Assembly (NCBI RefSeq): GCF_009914755.1
Contig: NC_060935.1
DNA: 64,000 bases
Direction: 5' to 3' (one strand)
From: the human T2T-CHM13v2.0 reference genome, Homo sapiens
Shown: piece after piece, positions 12,612 through 25,462 of the stretch
Layout of the letters: each line of letters begins with the position of its first letter
Numbering within the stretch: the first letter of the stretch is position 1
Position numbers and translations under genes: made by a program
The notes under the pieces: generated by a model
Databases searched by the model: none
Seen by the model: only the letters and a program-made list of their open reading frames with translations
What the model was told of the DNA's origin: nothing

Positions 12612-15400
12612 CCAAACATCTGATTACTTCCACAGGCAATTTTTATTGCCTCGATTTTTTTTTCAGGTATATGGGACATACTTTTCTGTTTCTTTGCATA
12701 CCTCTTAATTTTTTGTTGAAAACTAGACATTTTAGATAATACATTGTAGCAACTTTGAACAGCACAACTCTCTGTAATATATTGTGGCAACTCTGTGATT
12801 GTTTTGTCATATGCTATTTATTTGTTTAAGTACTGACTTTATTATTTTAGTGGAGACTTCCTCCCTCGCCCACAGTGTTAAGCCTCTATGTTGCACCTCA
12901 GAGTGCCAAGTCTTGGATATGCCTAAAGTCACTTTGGGTTGATGGTGGTTTTGGCCAGGAATCTCTATCTCTTTACCTGATTACACTCGGCTATTAAGTT
13001 CCATTGGTTGCTAGTTTAGTACACTGCACAATGGTCTGGGGCATAAATTGCTCCATGGACTGAATCAATCAAATGTGAAATCATGGAAAGTTTAGTTTCT
13101 GTAGTTCGGTTTTTGAGATATGTTATGACTTCAGATGGACTTCTCCAAGAGTTTATAGTAACTCTCCAGAGAGAGACCTTAAGACCAATTAGAGGAAAAT
13201 TGCAATAGACTTTTACCACAATACTGAATAGAAATACTGAAGCAGACATTCTTGCCTTGAGCCTGGCCTGATCTTTGTTAGAAATTATTTAGTTTTTCAC
13301 CACTAAATATAATGTTAGCTGAAGGTTTATTGTAGTAAACCCTGTAGTCTGAGGAAGCCCTTTTTCATTCTTAGTTTGTTTAGAGTTTAGGTATGTGTTG
13401 AATTGTGTCAAGTGATTTTCATGTATCTCTTCATATGATCATTTGATTTTTCCTCTTTATTCTGTTAATGTAATGAATTATATAGATTTAATTTTGATTC
13501 TTTACTTTTCTTGGATACATTTCTCTCCACATGACTCCTTCATTTCCAGTGAACCACCCTGTATATTCTAAACTCTTTAGTTGCTGTAAATTTTTATCTC
13601 TGCCTCTTCAACTCTTAAGCACTACTATGTTTCATTCCAGCTTACTTTACTATAGTTGAAAAATGGTGCCCAAGTAAAGAACCATTGTGATCACTGGGCT
13701 CAATTAATGAGTTTCCTTTCTCTTGGGGAGTAGCTTCATGTGCTTTTCTCCCATTGTCAAATAATTTAAAACAATTACTCACCTTTTGTCCAACTTACTG
13801 TTTATTGTTAACAGCAGAAAGTGAGTCTTATGCCAGTCACTCTATCACATTGAGCAGCAGAAATTCACAGGTGTTTAATGAAGGATATTCTTGCTGGGTG
13901 GAGAATTCCAGGTTGCCCTTTTAAGAAAAAAAAATTAAATATATAGTCTTATGGCTGAAAGACACCTGATGTTCTTATTGTTATTTATTCATGGCGATGT
14001 GTATCTTTTTCTCTGGCTGTTTTAATATTTCCTATTTGCCTTTGGCATTCAGCAGTTTAACAATAAAATTCCCAGAAGTGGTTTTATTTAAAATGTTATG
14101 CATGGATTTTATAAAGCTCCTTAAATATGTGTCTTTATTTTATCAGTTTTAGAAAATTCTCAGCCACTGTTTTTTCAAATAGTGTATCTTTTTTTCCTTC
14201 TGGTGCTCCAATTACACATATGTTAAACGTTTTTGTGTCTCATAAAGTTCTGACACTCTGTGTGCTTTTGTCCAAATTTGCTACTTAGCTATCTGTCACT
14301 TTATCAATCTTCTTTTTAAATTTCCCTAATCTACTGATAAATCCATCTATTGAAATCTTATTTTAGTAATTGCATTTTTATTCCTAAGTTTTTTATTTTA
14401 CTATATTGTATATAGATTATGGTTTTCTAGGGAAATTCTGTATCTTTTCACCGATTATTTGAGTAATTTAAAGACAGCTCTTCTAAAGTCCATGAAAAAT
14501 AACTCTTTTTTTGAAAATACTTGTATTCCTTTCCATTTTTTTCATTCTTTCTATTTTTGCCATTAAAAGTAATGGCAAAAACCCAATTACTTTTGCACCA
14601 ACATAATATTAGTTTTCAATCATTTGCAACTATATCCTGGTATTCCTGATAATTTTTATTTGAATCCTGAACTTATAGATGGGATATCATGTAGCCTTTG
14701 GATGATCTTTCTTTCTTCAGAAAAGATTTAATTTTCATCTGACTCGATGTTTGAAAGAAAGCATATCGCGTTTATTTATTGAAAGATTGAAATCATGAAA
14801 TACTAAATTTCAGATTTTGAGGGTGGATTTATTTCTAGTTTGCCTTTAATTCTAAGACATAACCTTTCACATTTCTAAAATAAAAGCCAGGGATATTTAT
14901 CTATCTCCAGGAAGAAACCCTGAATTACAATTTTGTATTTCTCTGTTCTATTACACTGCCAAAAGCTCTCCTTAGCTTTTTATCTTCTTGGAAACCACTT
15001 TCTTCTTGTTTTCTCTTGTTCCTACGTAGCACAGAATACAGTAAAACTCTAAGGAAAAATAGTCACAAAGAATGTTGATGTCACATGTGTCGTGTCTTTT
15101 TGTCCATGTTTTTGACCCCACAACCCTGATGACTTGTTAGCCATGATCCTTAATAGTTGTTTTCTATCTCCCATGATATTTTCAAAAAGCCTTGTCTTCG
15201 ATGTTGTTTGCCCATTATGCCTCACGCTATTCATTGGCGAATCCCCAAGTGGAAGAAGCAGTGAATAACTTTCTCCTCACCTCAATATATTCCCTTCTTT
15301 CCAGGGTCCTTTTAATTCAGCATTTAAAAAGTTACTCTTAGGAAAAGGAACTACCTGATACAAACCACTTCACCATTTTTAAAAGCAGAACTTTCCTATT
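12612..15400 (-). mobile_element. Ancient L1M fragments (5'/ORF1 region and an ORF2 piece)
   Basis: T-rich degenerate L1-antisense sequence; ORF2-like segment at 13200-13490. Boundaries approximate. Confidence 0.55.
14554..14606. mobile_element. MADE1 (Hsmar1 MITE), partial
   Basis: 'tttttgccattaaaagtaatggcaaaaacccaattacttttgcaccaacataa' matches the MADE1 centre and one TIR. Confidence 0.85.
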
Positions 15401-18400
15401 CTTCCTTTTAATGCCATTTGCTCCTCTCAGCTTTCCTGAAAGATACCATGTTTCATCCAATTTTGTATTGATTGGTATGATGAGTTAGACAAGGTTCTTG
15501 AATCTCTGAATCTTTATCCAGCTGCCTACTACTTTTGAGACTTAGAGTGTGATACATTCAGAAACAACCTATTTACAAACCACTATAAGAAAATGGCTTC
15601 CATTAGATTAAAGGCATATCTAATCAGTCTTATCTAAGCCTGCTTTTCCCTATTCCTCATCCTTGACCTTTGTAGCAAAAAGAGAGACATCCAAGAAAGG
15701 GGAATATTCCGTTTAAAAATCAGCTGCATGGGACTCAAATAAAGACCACCCAGAGAAGTCAGGGTTCCAATAAAGAAAAAATAATAAAAGCATACAGAAT
15801 TCATTTTAGAATTTTAAATTCATTATGCTTTTCATCATATGTAAGGCCTTCTCCCACAGATTAATCTCAATAGTGTCTTGAATCATGCCGTTATCAAAAT
15901 TTATCTTCTCTTTCCTCCTACTCATTTTCTTTATTCTATTATCCTTGAATAATATTTATTAGAAATCTAAGTCCATGTGGATGTCTAAATATCATACAGA
16001 ACAACATTTCTGCTCTTTGCTAGCATGTGGTCTGAAAGCAAATATGAGATTGTGGATAACGACACATTCACATATATGGAAAATAAAACAATTAGGGAGA
16101 AGATGCAACAGCGAGATCCAAGCGTGTGATTAAACGAGTAATTCATTGTACTAGTAATAAATTCAATATTCTGGTTTCGTGCTGAGAAAGTGAGCAGGGC
16201 CTAGATAAGGAAGTAAATTTTCTTATTGGAGAAGGGTTCCTACTGTTCAAGACACAGGCATGAATCAGCCTTGAAAATATTTTTTAAGACTCAGACAGTG
16301 TCTTCGTATTTCTCAGTATTCAGTTCCCTCTCCTCCCAATCCATCTGCAGCTTGCTCTGCTCATCTCCTTTTAAAGCGCACACTCAGATTCTCCCCCAGT
16401 TGTATAATTGTGTTATTAAATAGAAAGAACCATTTAATATTAGAAATGGAAGAGAGCTTACATGTCATATTGTCCAGGGATGAAAACTAGGTTTTATCTC
16501 ACACACCAGCTCCAGTCAATCAAAAGAGATTACTTGGAAAGCTGAGTTGTGAAGGTTGTAATACTATGTTTAAACTTAGTAGAAAAGAGGGGGTAATGAT
16601 TTATAACAAGAAGATAGACTAGGGGATTAGCATGTTTACCAGGTATTTGTCATGCCAGATTTAATCCAACTCTTTTATTTTTTTTCAAATGAATAAAATG
16701 GAGCCCAGAGGGTCAAATGACTTCCCTAAGTCATATTATTGGTATAAAAGTCATGTTATTGGTAATATTAAAAATCAAATCTATGTCCCCTTTCTCAGTT
16801 TCTTAATACAACGCTTGTTCTCCTCTGGCCTAGAATCTTTTACATACTAGAGTAAAATACTGGAGTTCACTGATTTTAAAATCCAATCTATCTTTCTGCG
16901 GGCAGATTCTTGGTGCTAAGAACTAATGGAAACCAAATTTCAAGAGTCTGAACCCCAGATCTGACACTTTTTATCTAACGGTGCCATAATTAAATAACGT
17001 ATCTGCAAATTGCATATATCATATGAGTACATTCAAAGCACTTGGACCAGAACCTGATGTAGAAAGTGCGCAAAAAATGTTTAGTCATAATTGTTACCTT
17101 TATGGTTCTGATAATATACTTATTCAGGCTGATCATTTTCAAAATGAACTGAGTCTAAAAATAATTGCAATATCATCTGTTCTTCTCTATGAAGACCCTT
17201 TAACCTCTTCTGAAGGCTCTTTAATCTTCACACAAAAAATAAATCCATTGAGCTCATTAAAATTGGGACAGAAAATAGTAAGAATCAGTATGAAAACAAG
17301 ACAAGGAGCAGAGTCTGGCTACTATTTTTATTTGTTCCAGGGTTTTGCCTGTTCCGAGCACATCCTGTCCCTTGGAGCCTCATATATTTTACTTTCAAAC
17401 AATAAAGTGCTCATTAACTAGAAACTTTTAGCTCTATTAATCTTTCAAAACTTCTTCTTATGAAGTTCAGGGGGATGCTGTACTGTTAGTGAGGAAGAGA
17501 GGGAAAAAGATATATATCGGAATTAAGGAGCCCATTCATAAGATAGTCAAAGCTTCAGACCAGGAGTGTTGCCTGATATTTTCACTTTTACATATTAAAT
17601 GCATGAGATTCTCTTTCACTGACAGAATCCTTGAGGCTTCTAAAAGATCCTGCAAGTGACTGGCTGATCTCAAGGGCACGCACACCTGCGCAAGGTGTTG
17701 GCAAGAACCCTCTGTGAAGTCTCCCTTCTAGTACTAAGACTAACCTGTGTGGTGTAGGGAATATATCTGTTGGAGAAAGACCTGAAGGGGCAGATCTGAG
17801 GAAACACAGAAGCCCACCTGGAGAGAGCTTTCCTTCCCTGATGTCTCAGTGCCAAGGATTCTGAGCACCTTAGTGACCACCCTAATTGGAATTCTGCCTG
17901 CATACCTCATGAAGATGAAGCCCTATTTGGGGACAGGCAAACTACAGGCCTTTGCCAGCACTTAGAGGATAGAGGAAGCTCAGACATTCAACATAATATG
18001 ACATCACCACAGTGTGGCAATTGATTTAAAATTTGTGGGGAAAAAATGTTCACTCTCCCATTGGTGATAATATAAAGTCATCACATGTACTTTTCTTCAG
18101 GACTGTTTTTAAATTAAATTGCATCATGGCTTGTTGAATTACAGACCTCACATACAGCTTCCTTCTGATTAGTGGATACTTTACTGATGTTGCATGTTTA
18201 ACAAACATGTGAACTCCCAGGCTTGACTTCCTGGAATAAAATTTCTAAATGAGGCCTTTGTAAAGTCATTTTAAAGATGTGGAGGAAGTTGATCCATTTT
18301 CCCTGCTAGTAAGCATCCTCTTCAGCTGCTCTTAAAAGTTCTGTTGATAAGGTAATACAGATATTACACAGCAGTGATTCTCAAAATTGTGTGTTCCAAG

Positions 18401-19106
18401 AACCACTTGAAGTAAGTCTGTTTCTCACAGACCTCAAGAAGACAGCCATGGATCTCAGTTTGAGAAACAGGGAATTAAGGAAACAAGATCTCATACTTTA
18501 AAAATATATTTTGATAAAAAAATTATCACTGTAAAAGAAGTCTTGTAGAGTAAAAGTAAAATCTGTAAATTCTGTAAAAAGTAAGTTTTGTAAGATTATA
18601 ATTGAAATAAAACTCAAAATATAACAAAACTTAGTAATCTTCTCATGATATGTCCATGAACTTTAGTTTGGGAAAATCTTATAATAGTGCTTTAGGGCTT
18701 ACCAAGTACATTCTCATGTCTATTGTCTCATTTAGTTCTTAAAACAATACTGTGTAATATGTAATATTATCTTCCCAGAAGTACCTGCAGGATAATTGCA
18801 ATGCTGGCATTTTAGCTCTGGTCTTATAACTCCAGGTATCACTATTACCACACTGAGTACTATTTTGCTCTTGTTTGTAATCCATTTTTTGTGGACTTCA
18901 TAACCACCACCAAGATAATAGGCTGGATATTATTTCTGTGAGCAACCTAAGGGTAAGGTCCAAATACTCTTTATTCCTTTTCTGCATCCAGTCCCTTCTG
19001 TCATTAGGACAAATCTGTTTATACTGCCATTCATTTTAAGTTATTTGAGTATTATGTTTAACAAGATGGCGATTATCCTAAATAAATTAACAGGTATTTG
19101 TGAAAT

Positions 19107-19165
19107 TTTATATTGTATTATATTGTATTTTTTATATTGTATTGTATTGTATTTTTTATTGTATC
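19107..19165. repeat. (TATTG)n-like microsatellite
   Basis: Repeated tattg/tattgtat units. Confidence 0.8.
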
Positions 19166-19880
19166 TAATTCTGAATAATAATCTAATCATTTAAAACAAC
19201 ATTTCCCAGAGTGAGATTCAAAAGAAAATTAGTCATGCCTTGGAGAGAGAGCTGGGGAGGGAGGAATACAAATTTGTTTAAAACAAAAACTAAAGTGTCT
19301 ATCAAGTTTTTGAAGACTTACTATGGTGCCTTAAAAGCTATGAGGCATTCTGCAGTATAAATCTGTTTATTTCACATAGTATTTCTTAGACTTATTTGCC
19401 CCCTCTTATGAGTGTGTGTGACAGTCTAGAAGTGTACATCATTCTATAGTGGCTCATGACTCATTTATAGAAACTAAGGAACTCATTGCTTGAAGGCAGA
19501 AACATGCTTCAGAGTATCCTTCTGAAGTCTCCAATGGCCTAAGCTCTCTGACTACCTGATATGTGTCTCTTGCAAGTTTCAGTGTCTCCTGTTCACTGAA
19601 GCTGAGAGAGTGAGATAGTTTCTAACAATTGCCTTTCTTCGGCCAAGGGTGACTCAAGCAAAGATTTGTGTTTCTCTATTTAATATGAGGTATTATCACA
19701 CGTGTTTTTACCTCCATAAAGGGTAAACTCAGTGTCACTCAGTAGGGAGATGGAAAGATATTTTGAGTAAACCAATAAGTGATCCATGATTTCAAAACAT
19801 TGCAGGAGAGGCTTCTATGTATAAGTGTTTAATAAACATTAGACATTATTATTATTATATCATCTAATCTACTAAGTTGC

Positions 19881-20282
19881 TTTCACTCGCGTCCGTGTGA
19901 AGAGACCACCAAACAGGCTTTGTGTGAGCAATATAGCTGTTTATTTCACCTGGGTGCAGGCGGGCTGAGTCCGAAAAGAGAGTCAGTGAAGGGAGATAGG
20001 GGTGGGGCCGTTTTATAGGGTTTGGGTAGGTAAAGGAAAAAGGGGGGTTGTTCTCTGGCAGGCAGGAGTGAGGGTTACAAGGTGCTCAGTAGGGGAGCTT
20101 TTGAGCCAGGATGAGCCAGGAGAAGGAATTTCACAAGATAATGTCATCAGTTAAGGCAGGAACAGGCCATTTACACTTCTTTTGTGGTGGAATGTCATCA
20201 GTTAAGGCAGGAACCTGCCATCTGGATGTGTACCTGCAGGTCACGGGATATGATGGCTTAGCTTGGGCTCAGAGGCCTGATA
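19881..20282 (-). mobile_element. HERV-H 3' LTR (LTR7 type)
   Basis: Minus strand reads TATCAGGCCTCTGAGCCCAAGCTAAGCC...GAGTGAAA (initial TG mutated to TA); preceded by purine-rich tract AATATAAGAAGACAGGAA (20283-20300). Confidence 0.95.
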
Positions 20283-21037
20283 TTCCTGTCTTCTTATATT
20301 AATAAGAAAAATAAAATGAAATAGTGGTAAAGTGTTGAGACAGTGAAAATTTTTTGGGGGTGGTATGGAAAGATAATGGGCGATGTTTCTCATGGCTGCT
20401 TAGGGCAGGATTAGGGGCGGCGTGGGAACCTAGAGTGGGAGAGATTAAGCTGAAGGAAGATTTTGTGGTAAGGGGTGATATTGTGGGGTTTTAAGAAGAA
20501 ATATTTGTCATTTAGAATTACTGGTGATGGCCTGGATACAGTTTTGTATGAATTGAAAAACTAAACGGAATAAGAGAAGGAGAAAAACAGGTGTTAAAGG
20601 ACTAAGAATTGGGAGTACCTAGGACATCTAATTAGAGAGTACCTAAGGAGGTTCAGCATAGCCTTGCCAGCAAAGATTATTTATTTACTTTGAGAGTTAA
20701 GAGTGGGGGTTTGGGGATAGCACCAGGAGATATCAGCTGTGATGGCTTAGAGAAACAGTGTAAACTGGCAATGTAAACAAGAGCAGGGCATGTATGAATA
20801 GTTGAGAATGGCGAATAGGAGTATGACTAGACAGAAGATAGTAGGGATGACAAGTTTTTAGGGGCACAGTCCAAGTTGGTCTGGTGTCTGGAATGAGACT
20901 GGGGCCTAATAAAAGGAGCTCAAATGGGCTGTACCTTGTAGCATTCCGAGAACAAGCCTGAATTCTGAGAAGGGAAAGTGGTAAAAGTATTGTCCAGTCC
21001 TTTTTAAGTTGGTGGCTGAGCTTGGTGAGGTGTGTTT

Positions 21038-22613
21038 TTAAAAGACCATTAGTCTGTTCTGCCTTTCCTGAAGACTGAGGACCGTAAGGGATATAAAGGT
21101 TTCACTGAATACTAAGAGCCTGAAAAATGCTTGGCTGATTTGACTAATAAAGGCTGGTCTGCTATCAGACTGTATAGAGGTGGGAAGGCCAAACCGAGGA
21201 ATTATGTCTGATAGAAGGGGAGAAATGACCATGGTGGCCTTCTCAGACCTTGTGGGAAAGGCCTCTACCTATCCAGTGAAAGTGTCTACCTAGACCAAGA
21301 GGTATTTTAGTTTCCTGACTCGGAGCATGTTGAGTAAAGTCAATTTGCCAGTCCTGGGTGGGGGCAAATCCGTGAGCTTGATGTGTAGGGAAGGGAGGGG
21401 GCCTGAATAATCCCTGAGGAGTCATAGAATAGCAGATGGAACACTGAGAAGTTATTTCCTTGAGAATAGATTTCCATGATGGAAAGGAAATGAGAGGTTC
21501 TAAGAGGTCGGGCTAGTGGCTTGTACTATAGCATAGCCTTTCTTTGCTGGTGTGTGGCGATTAGGCCTGGTGGAACTGCCATCAATAAACCAAGTGTGAT
21601 CAGAGTGAGAAACAGGGAAGAAGGGAATGTGGGGAAATGGGGTGAATGTCAGGTGGATCAGAGAGATGCAGTCATGAGGGTCAGGTGTGGTATCAGGAAT
21701 AATGTGGGAGGCCGGATTGAAGTCCGGGCCAGGAACAATGGTAATTGTGGGAGACTCAACGAAGAGTGAGTACAGCTGAAGGAGCCGGGGAGCAGAAAGT
21801 ATATGCGTCAGGTGTGAGGAAGAAAACAGATTTTGGAAATTATGAGAGCTGTAGAGAGTGAGTTGAGCATAGTTTGTGATTTTAAGGGCCTCTAAAAGTA
21901 TTAGGGCGGCAGCAGCCTCTGCATGGAGACATGATGGCCAGCCTAAAACAGTAAGGTCAAGTTGTTTGGACAAAAAGGCTACAGGACACAATCCCGGTTC
22001 TTGTGTAAGAATTCCGACAGCACAGCCCTGCACTTCAGCTGTGTGTAATGAAAAGGGTTGGGATAAGTCAGGGAGAGCTGGGGTGGGGGCAGTCTCTAAA
22101 GCTGTCTTCAAGGAATGGAAAAAAGAGTGGGGAAAGGATTTAGGATCTATGGGGTCAGCTAGGTTTCCTTTTGTGAGTTTATATAATGGTTTTGTTAGGA
22201 TGGCAAAACCAGGTATCCAAATGTGAAAGTATCCAACCATGCCCAGGAAGGAAAGGAGTTGTTGTTTTGTGGAAGGGGTTGGGGTTTGAGAGATTAGTCA
22301 GACACGATTGGCAGGGAGAGCACGTGTGTTTTTATAAGAATTATGCTGAGATAGGTAACAGATAAGAAATTTGGGCTTGACTGAAGTAATGGAGGCTGTC
22401 TGTGAAGTTTTGTGGCAGTACAGCCCAGGTAATTTGCTGAGCCTGATGGGTGTCAGGGTCAGTCCAAGTGAAAGTGAAGACAGGCTGGATTGAAGGGTGC
22501 AAAAGAATAGTAAAGAAAGCATGTTTCAGATCCAGAACAGAATAATGGATTGTGGAGGGAGGTATTGAGGATAGGAGAGTATATGGGTTTGGCACCATGG
22601 GGTGGATAGGCAA
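21038..22613 (-). pseudogene. pol: HERV-H pol remnants (RT, connection/RNase H, integrase), frameshifted and internally deleted
   Basis: 'VPNPYTLL..YSVLDLKHAFFTI..WAVLPQNFTDSLHYF' (RT); 246-aa ORF 21500..22240 with 'VAFLSKQLD' and 'WFIDGSS' (RNase H); 'QDWQIDFT' and 'IIPRFGLPTSIQSD' (IN). Confidence 0.9.
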
Positions 22614-23295
22614 AACAATTTGGTTGATAAGGCATATATCCTGAACTAACTTGTAAGGCTTGTCTGGCTTTAGGACAGGTAAAATGGAATTGTAAGGAGA
22701 GTTTATAGGCTTTCAAAGGCCATGCTGTAGCAGGCGAGTGATAACAGGCTTTAATCCTTTCAAAGCATGCTGTGGGATGGGATATTGGCATTGAGTGGGG
22801 TAAGGGTGAATAGATTTTAATGAGATGGTAAAGGGTGCATGATTGGTCACAAAGGAGGGAGTAGAGGTATCTTATACTTGTGGGTTAAGGAGGGGGGATA
22901 CAAGAGGAGGAGGGAAAGGAAACTTTGGATTGGCAGGAAGGGTGGCAGTGAGATGTAGCTGTAGTCCAGGAATAGTCAGGGAAGCAGATAATTTAGTTAA
23001 AGTGTCTCAGCCTAATAAGGGAACTGGGCAGGTGGGGATAACTAAAAGAAGTGCTTAAAAGAGTATTGTCTAATTTGGCACCAGAGTTGGGGAGTTTTAA
23101 AAGGTTTAGAAGCCTGGCTGTCAATACCTACAACAGTTATGGAGGCAAGGAAACAAGCCTTTGAAAAGAAGGTAATGTGGAGTGGGTAGCTGCCATATTG
23201 ATTAAGAAGGGGACAGACTTACCCTCAACTGTGAGAGTTACCTAAAGCTCAGCGTCCATGATGGTCTACGGGGCTTCCGAGGCAATCAGGCAGCG

Positions 23296-23625
23296 TCAGT
23301 CTTCAGCTGCTAAGCCAAAAAGATCTGGGAAGGAGTCAGTCAGAGAGCCTTGGGCCAGAGTTCTATGGGCTCTGGGAGTGGCTGCCAGGTGAGTTGAACA
23401 GTCCGATTTCCAGTGGGGTCCTGCACAGATGGGACATGGCTTAGGAGGAATCCTGGGCTGCGGGCATTCCTTGGCCTGGTGGCCAGATTTCTGGCACTTG
23501 TAGCAAGCTCCTGGGGGAGGCAGTTCTGGAGGAATGCCTGGCCACTGTGGTTTAGGCGTTTGGAAGTTCTTGTATGCTGGAGATGTGGCTGGGATTTGTC
23601 TCACAGTGGAGGCAAGGAATTGCAA
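23296..23625 (-). pseudogene. gag: HERV-H gag C-terminus (nucleocapsid, two zinc knuckles)
   Basis: CYKCQKSGHQAKEC (CX2CX4HX4C) and CPICAGPHWKSDC (CX2CX3HX4C); upstream gag is not open. Confidence 0.88.
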
Positions 23626-24622
23626 CTCAGAAATATGTTGCTACTTGGCTTCCTCTACTCTATTATTGTACACTTTGAAGGCGAGGTTAATTAAGTCCTG
23701 TTGTGGGGTTTGAGGGCCGGAATTTAATTTTTGGAGTTTTATTTAATGTCGGGAGCAGATTGGGTAATAAAATGTGTATTGAGAATAAGACGGCCTTTTG
23801 ACCTTTTAGGGTCTAGGGCTGTAAAGCGTCTCAGGGTTGCTGCCAAACGAGCCATGAACTGGGCTGGGTTTTTATATTTGATGAAAAAGAGCCTAAATGC
23901 TATCTGATTTGGGATAAAGAAAAAGGAGCATTAACCTTGACTATGCCTTTAGCTCCAGCCACCTTTTTAAGAGTAAATTGCTGGGCAGGTGGGGGAGGGC
24001 TAGTCAGGGAACGAAACTGTAAGCTGGACCGGGTGTGAGGAGGGGAGGTGATAAAAGGATTATAGGGTGGAGGAGGAGAAGCTGAGGAAGAATTGGGATC
24101 TAGCTCTGCCTGGGGAGGATGGGAGAGGTCAGATGGGTCTGTAGAAAAGGAAGATTAGAAAGACAGCGATGCTTGGGGTTGGGACTGAGGGCACAGGTGG
24201 GAGGGAAAGAAGGAAGATTTGGGACAAGTTGCATTGGGAACAGAGACTAGGGAGTGACCAATGTGTAAAAGAATGTCTGGACATCTGGCACCTCAGACCG
24301 TTTGCCTATTTTATGACAAGAATTATTTAGATCTTGTAGGATGGAAAAATTGAAAATGCCATTTTCCAGCTATTTGGAACTACTGTCAAGTTTGTTTTGG
24401 GGTCAAGCGGCATTGCAGAAGAAAATAAGACGCTTAGATTTTAGGTCAGGTGAGAGTTGAAGAGGTTTTAAGTTCTTAAGAACACAGGCTAAGGGAGAAG
24501 GAGGAGGAATGGAAGGTGGAAGCTTGCCCATAGTGAAGGAGGCAAGCCCAGAGAAAAGAGAGTAGAGACACGGAGAAGGGGTGGGGGGTTCTTGCCTTCC
24601 AGAGAAGGAGAGAAGGGGTCGC

Positions 24623-24790
24623 GGCATGGAAATAAGGGTTTGGGCCGCAGAGATAAGAGGTCCGGCGCGGAAATAAGGGATCGGGGCGCGGAAATAAGGG
24701 ATCAGGGCACAGAGATAAGAGGTCGGGGCGCAGAAATAAGGGATCGGGGTGCAGAGATAAGAGGTCAGGCACGGAAATAAGGGATTGGGG
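24623..24790. repeat. ~21-bp tandem repeat (~8 units) in the HERV-H leader
   Basis: Units such as gcggaaataagggatcggggc and gcagagataagaggtcggggc. Confidence 0.9.
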
Positions 24791-25310
24791 GTTCTTGCCT
24801 TTTAGAAAAGCGGGACTTGCCACTAAGGGTGGAGGAGAAGGGCTTGAGGGATTCTTGCGTTTCCTCTAGAAAAGCGGGACTTGCCGCTAAGGGTGAAGGA
24901 GAAGGGGTTGAGGGGTTCTTGCCTCTCTTCTAGAAAAGCAGAGAAGGCGTAGAGACACGGAGAGAAGGGATTGGGGTTCTTGCCTCTCCTCCAGAAAAGC
25001 AGGACTTGCCGCTAAGGGTGAAGGACCAAGGCAAGCGTCCTTGCATGGTCTGACACCTCTGAAACCTGGGTGAATAATCAGAGAGGTGTCCTTGCAGTGA
25101 TTAAACACAAACGGAAGGCTGACTTCCTTAGTCTGTGACTGGCGCCGGAGTTTTGGGTCCACGGATAAAACGTGTCTCCTTTGTCCTCACTAGAAAATGA
25201 AAGGAATTGAAATTAAGAGAAGGGAGAGATTGAAGTGTGGCACCAAGATTGAAAGGAGAAAGAGGTTGAGGGATAGTGAGGGAGGTTGGAGAAGAGAGTA
25301 AAAAGAGGCG

Positions 25311-25320
25311 GCTTACCGGA
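25311..25320 (-). promoter_or_regulatory. HERV-H leader splice donor (CCG|GTAAGC)
   Basis: Plus-strand 'gcttaccgga' about 125 nt downstream of the PBS, at the position I recall for the HERV-H major donor. Confidence 0.75.
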
Positions 25321-25442
25321 TTTGAAATTGATGAGATGTTTCTTGGGCTGGTTGGTCTGAGGACTTGAGGTCATAGGTGGATCTTTCTCACGGAGCAAAG
25401 CAAAGGAGGACAGGGGATTGATCTCTTAAGGGAAGTCTTCTG

Positions 25443-25460
25443 ATCCGAGTCACGGCACCA
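25443..25460 (-). promoter_or_regulatory. Primer-binding site for tRNA-His
   Basis: Plus-strand ATCCGAGTCACGGCACCA equals the 3' 18 nt of tRNA-His(GUG) including CCA; lies 2 nt from the 5' LTR end. Confidence 0.95.
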
Positions 25461-25462
25461 AA

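Noticed and set aside
17023-17421. 132-aa ORF in mostly unique DNA
   Set aside because: No recognisable domain; its start overlaps a MIR-like remnant; the length is within chance for a 64-kb window.
20283-21000. HERV-H env gene
   Set aside because: Only ~0.7 kb lies between the integrase remnant and the 3' LTR, with no ORF; env is deleted.
21500-22240. Domesticated 246-aa retroviral protein
   Set aside because: A pol fragment between deletions, missing the RT active-site region and most of RNase H; an open stretch of this length is unsurprising in a young provirus.
24623-24790. Regularly spaced 21-bp repeats resembling a CRISPR array
   Set aside because: Units are contiguous with no unique spacers, lie inside the HERV-H leader, and no cas genes are present; the DNA is primate.
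25443-25460. tRNA-His gene
   Set aside because: Only the 3' 18 nt match, directly beside an LTR; this is a primer-binding site.
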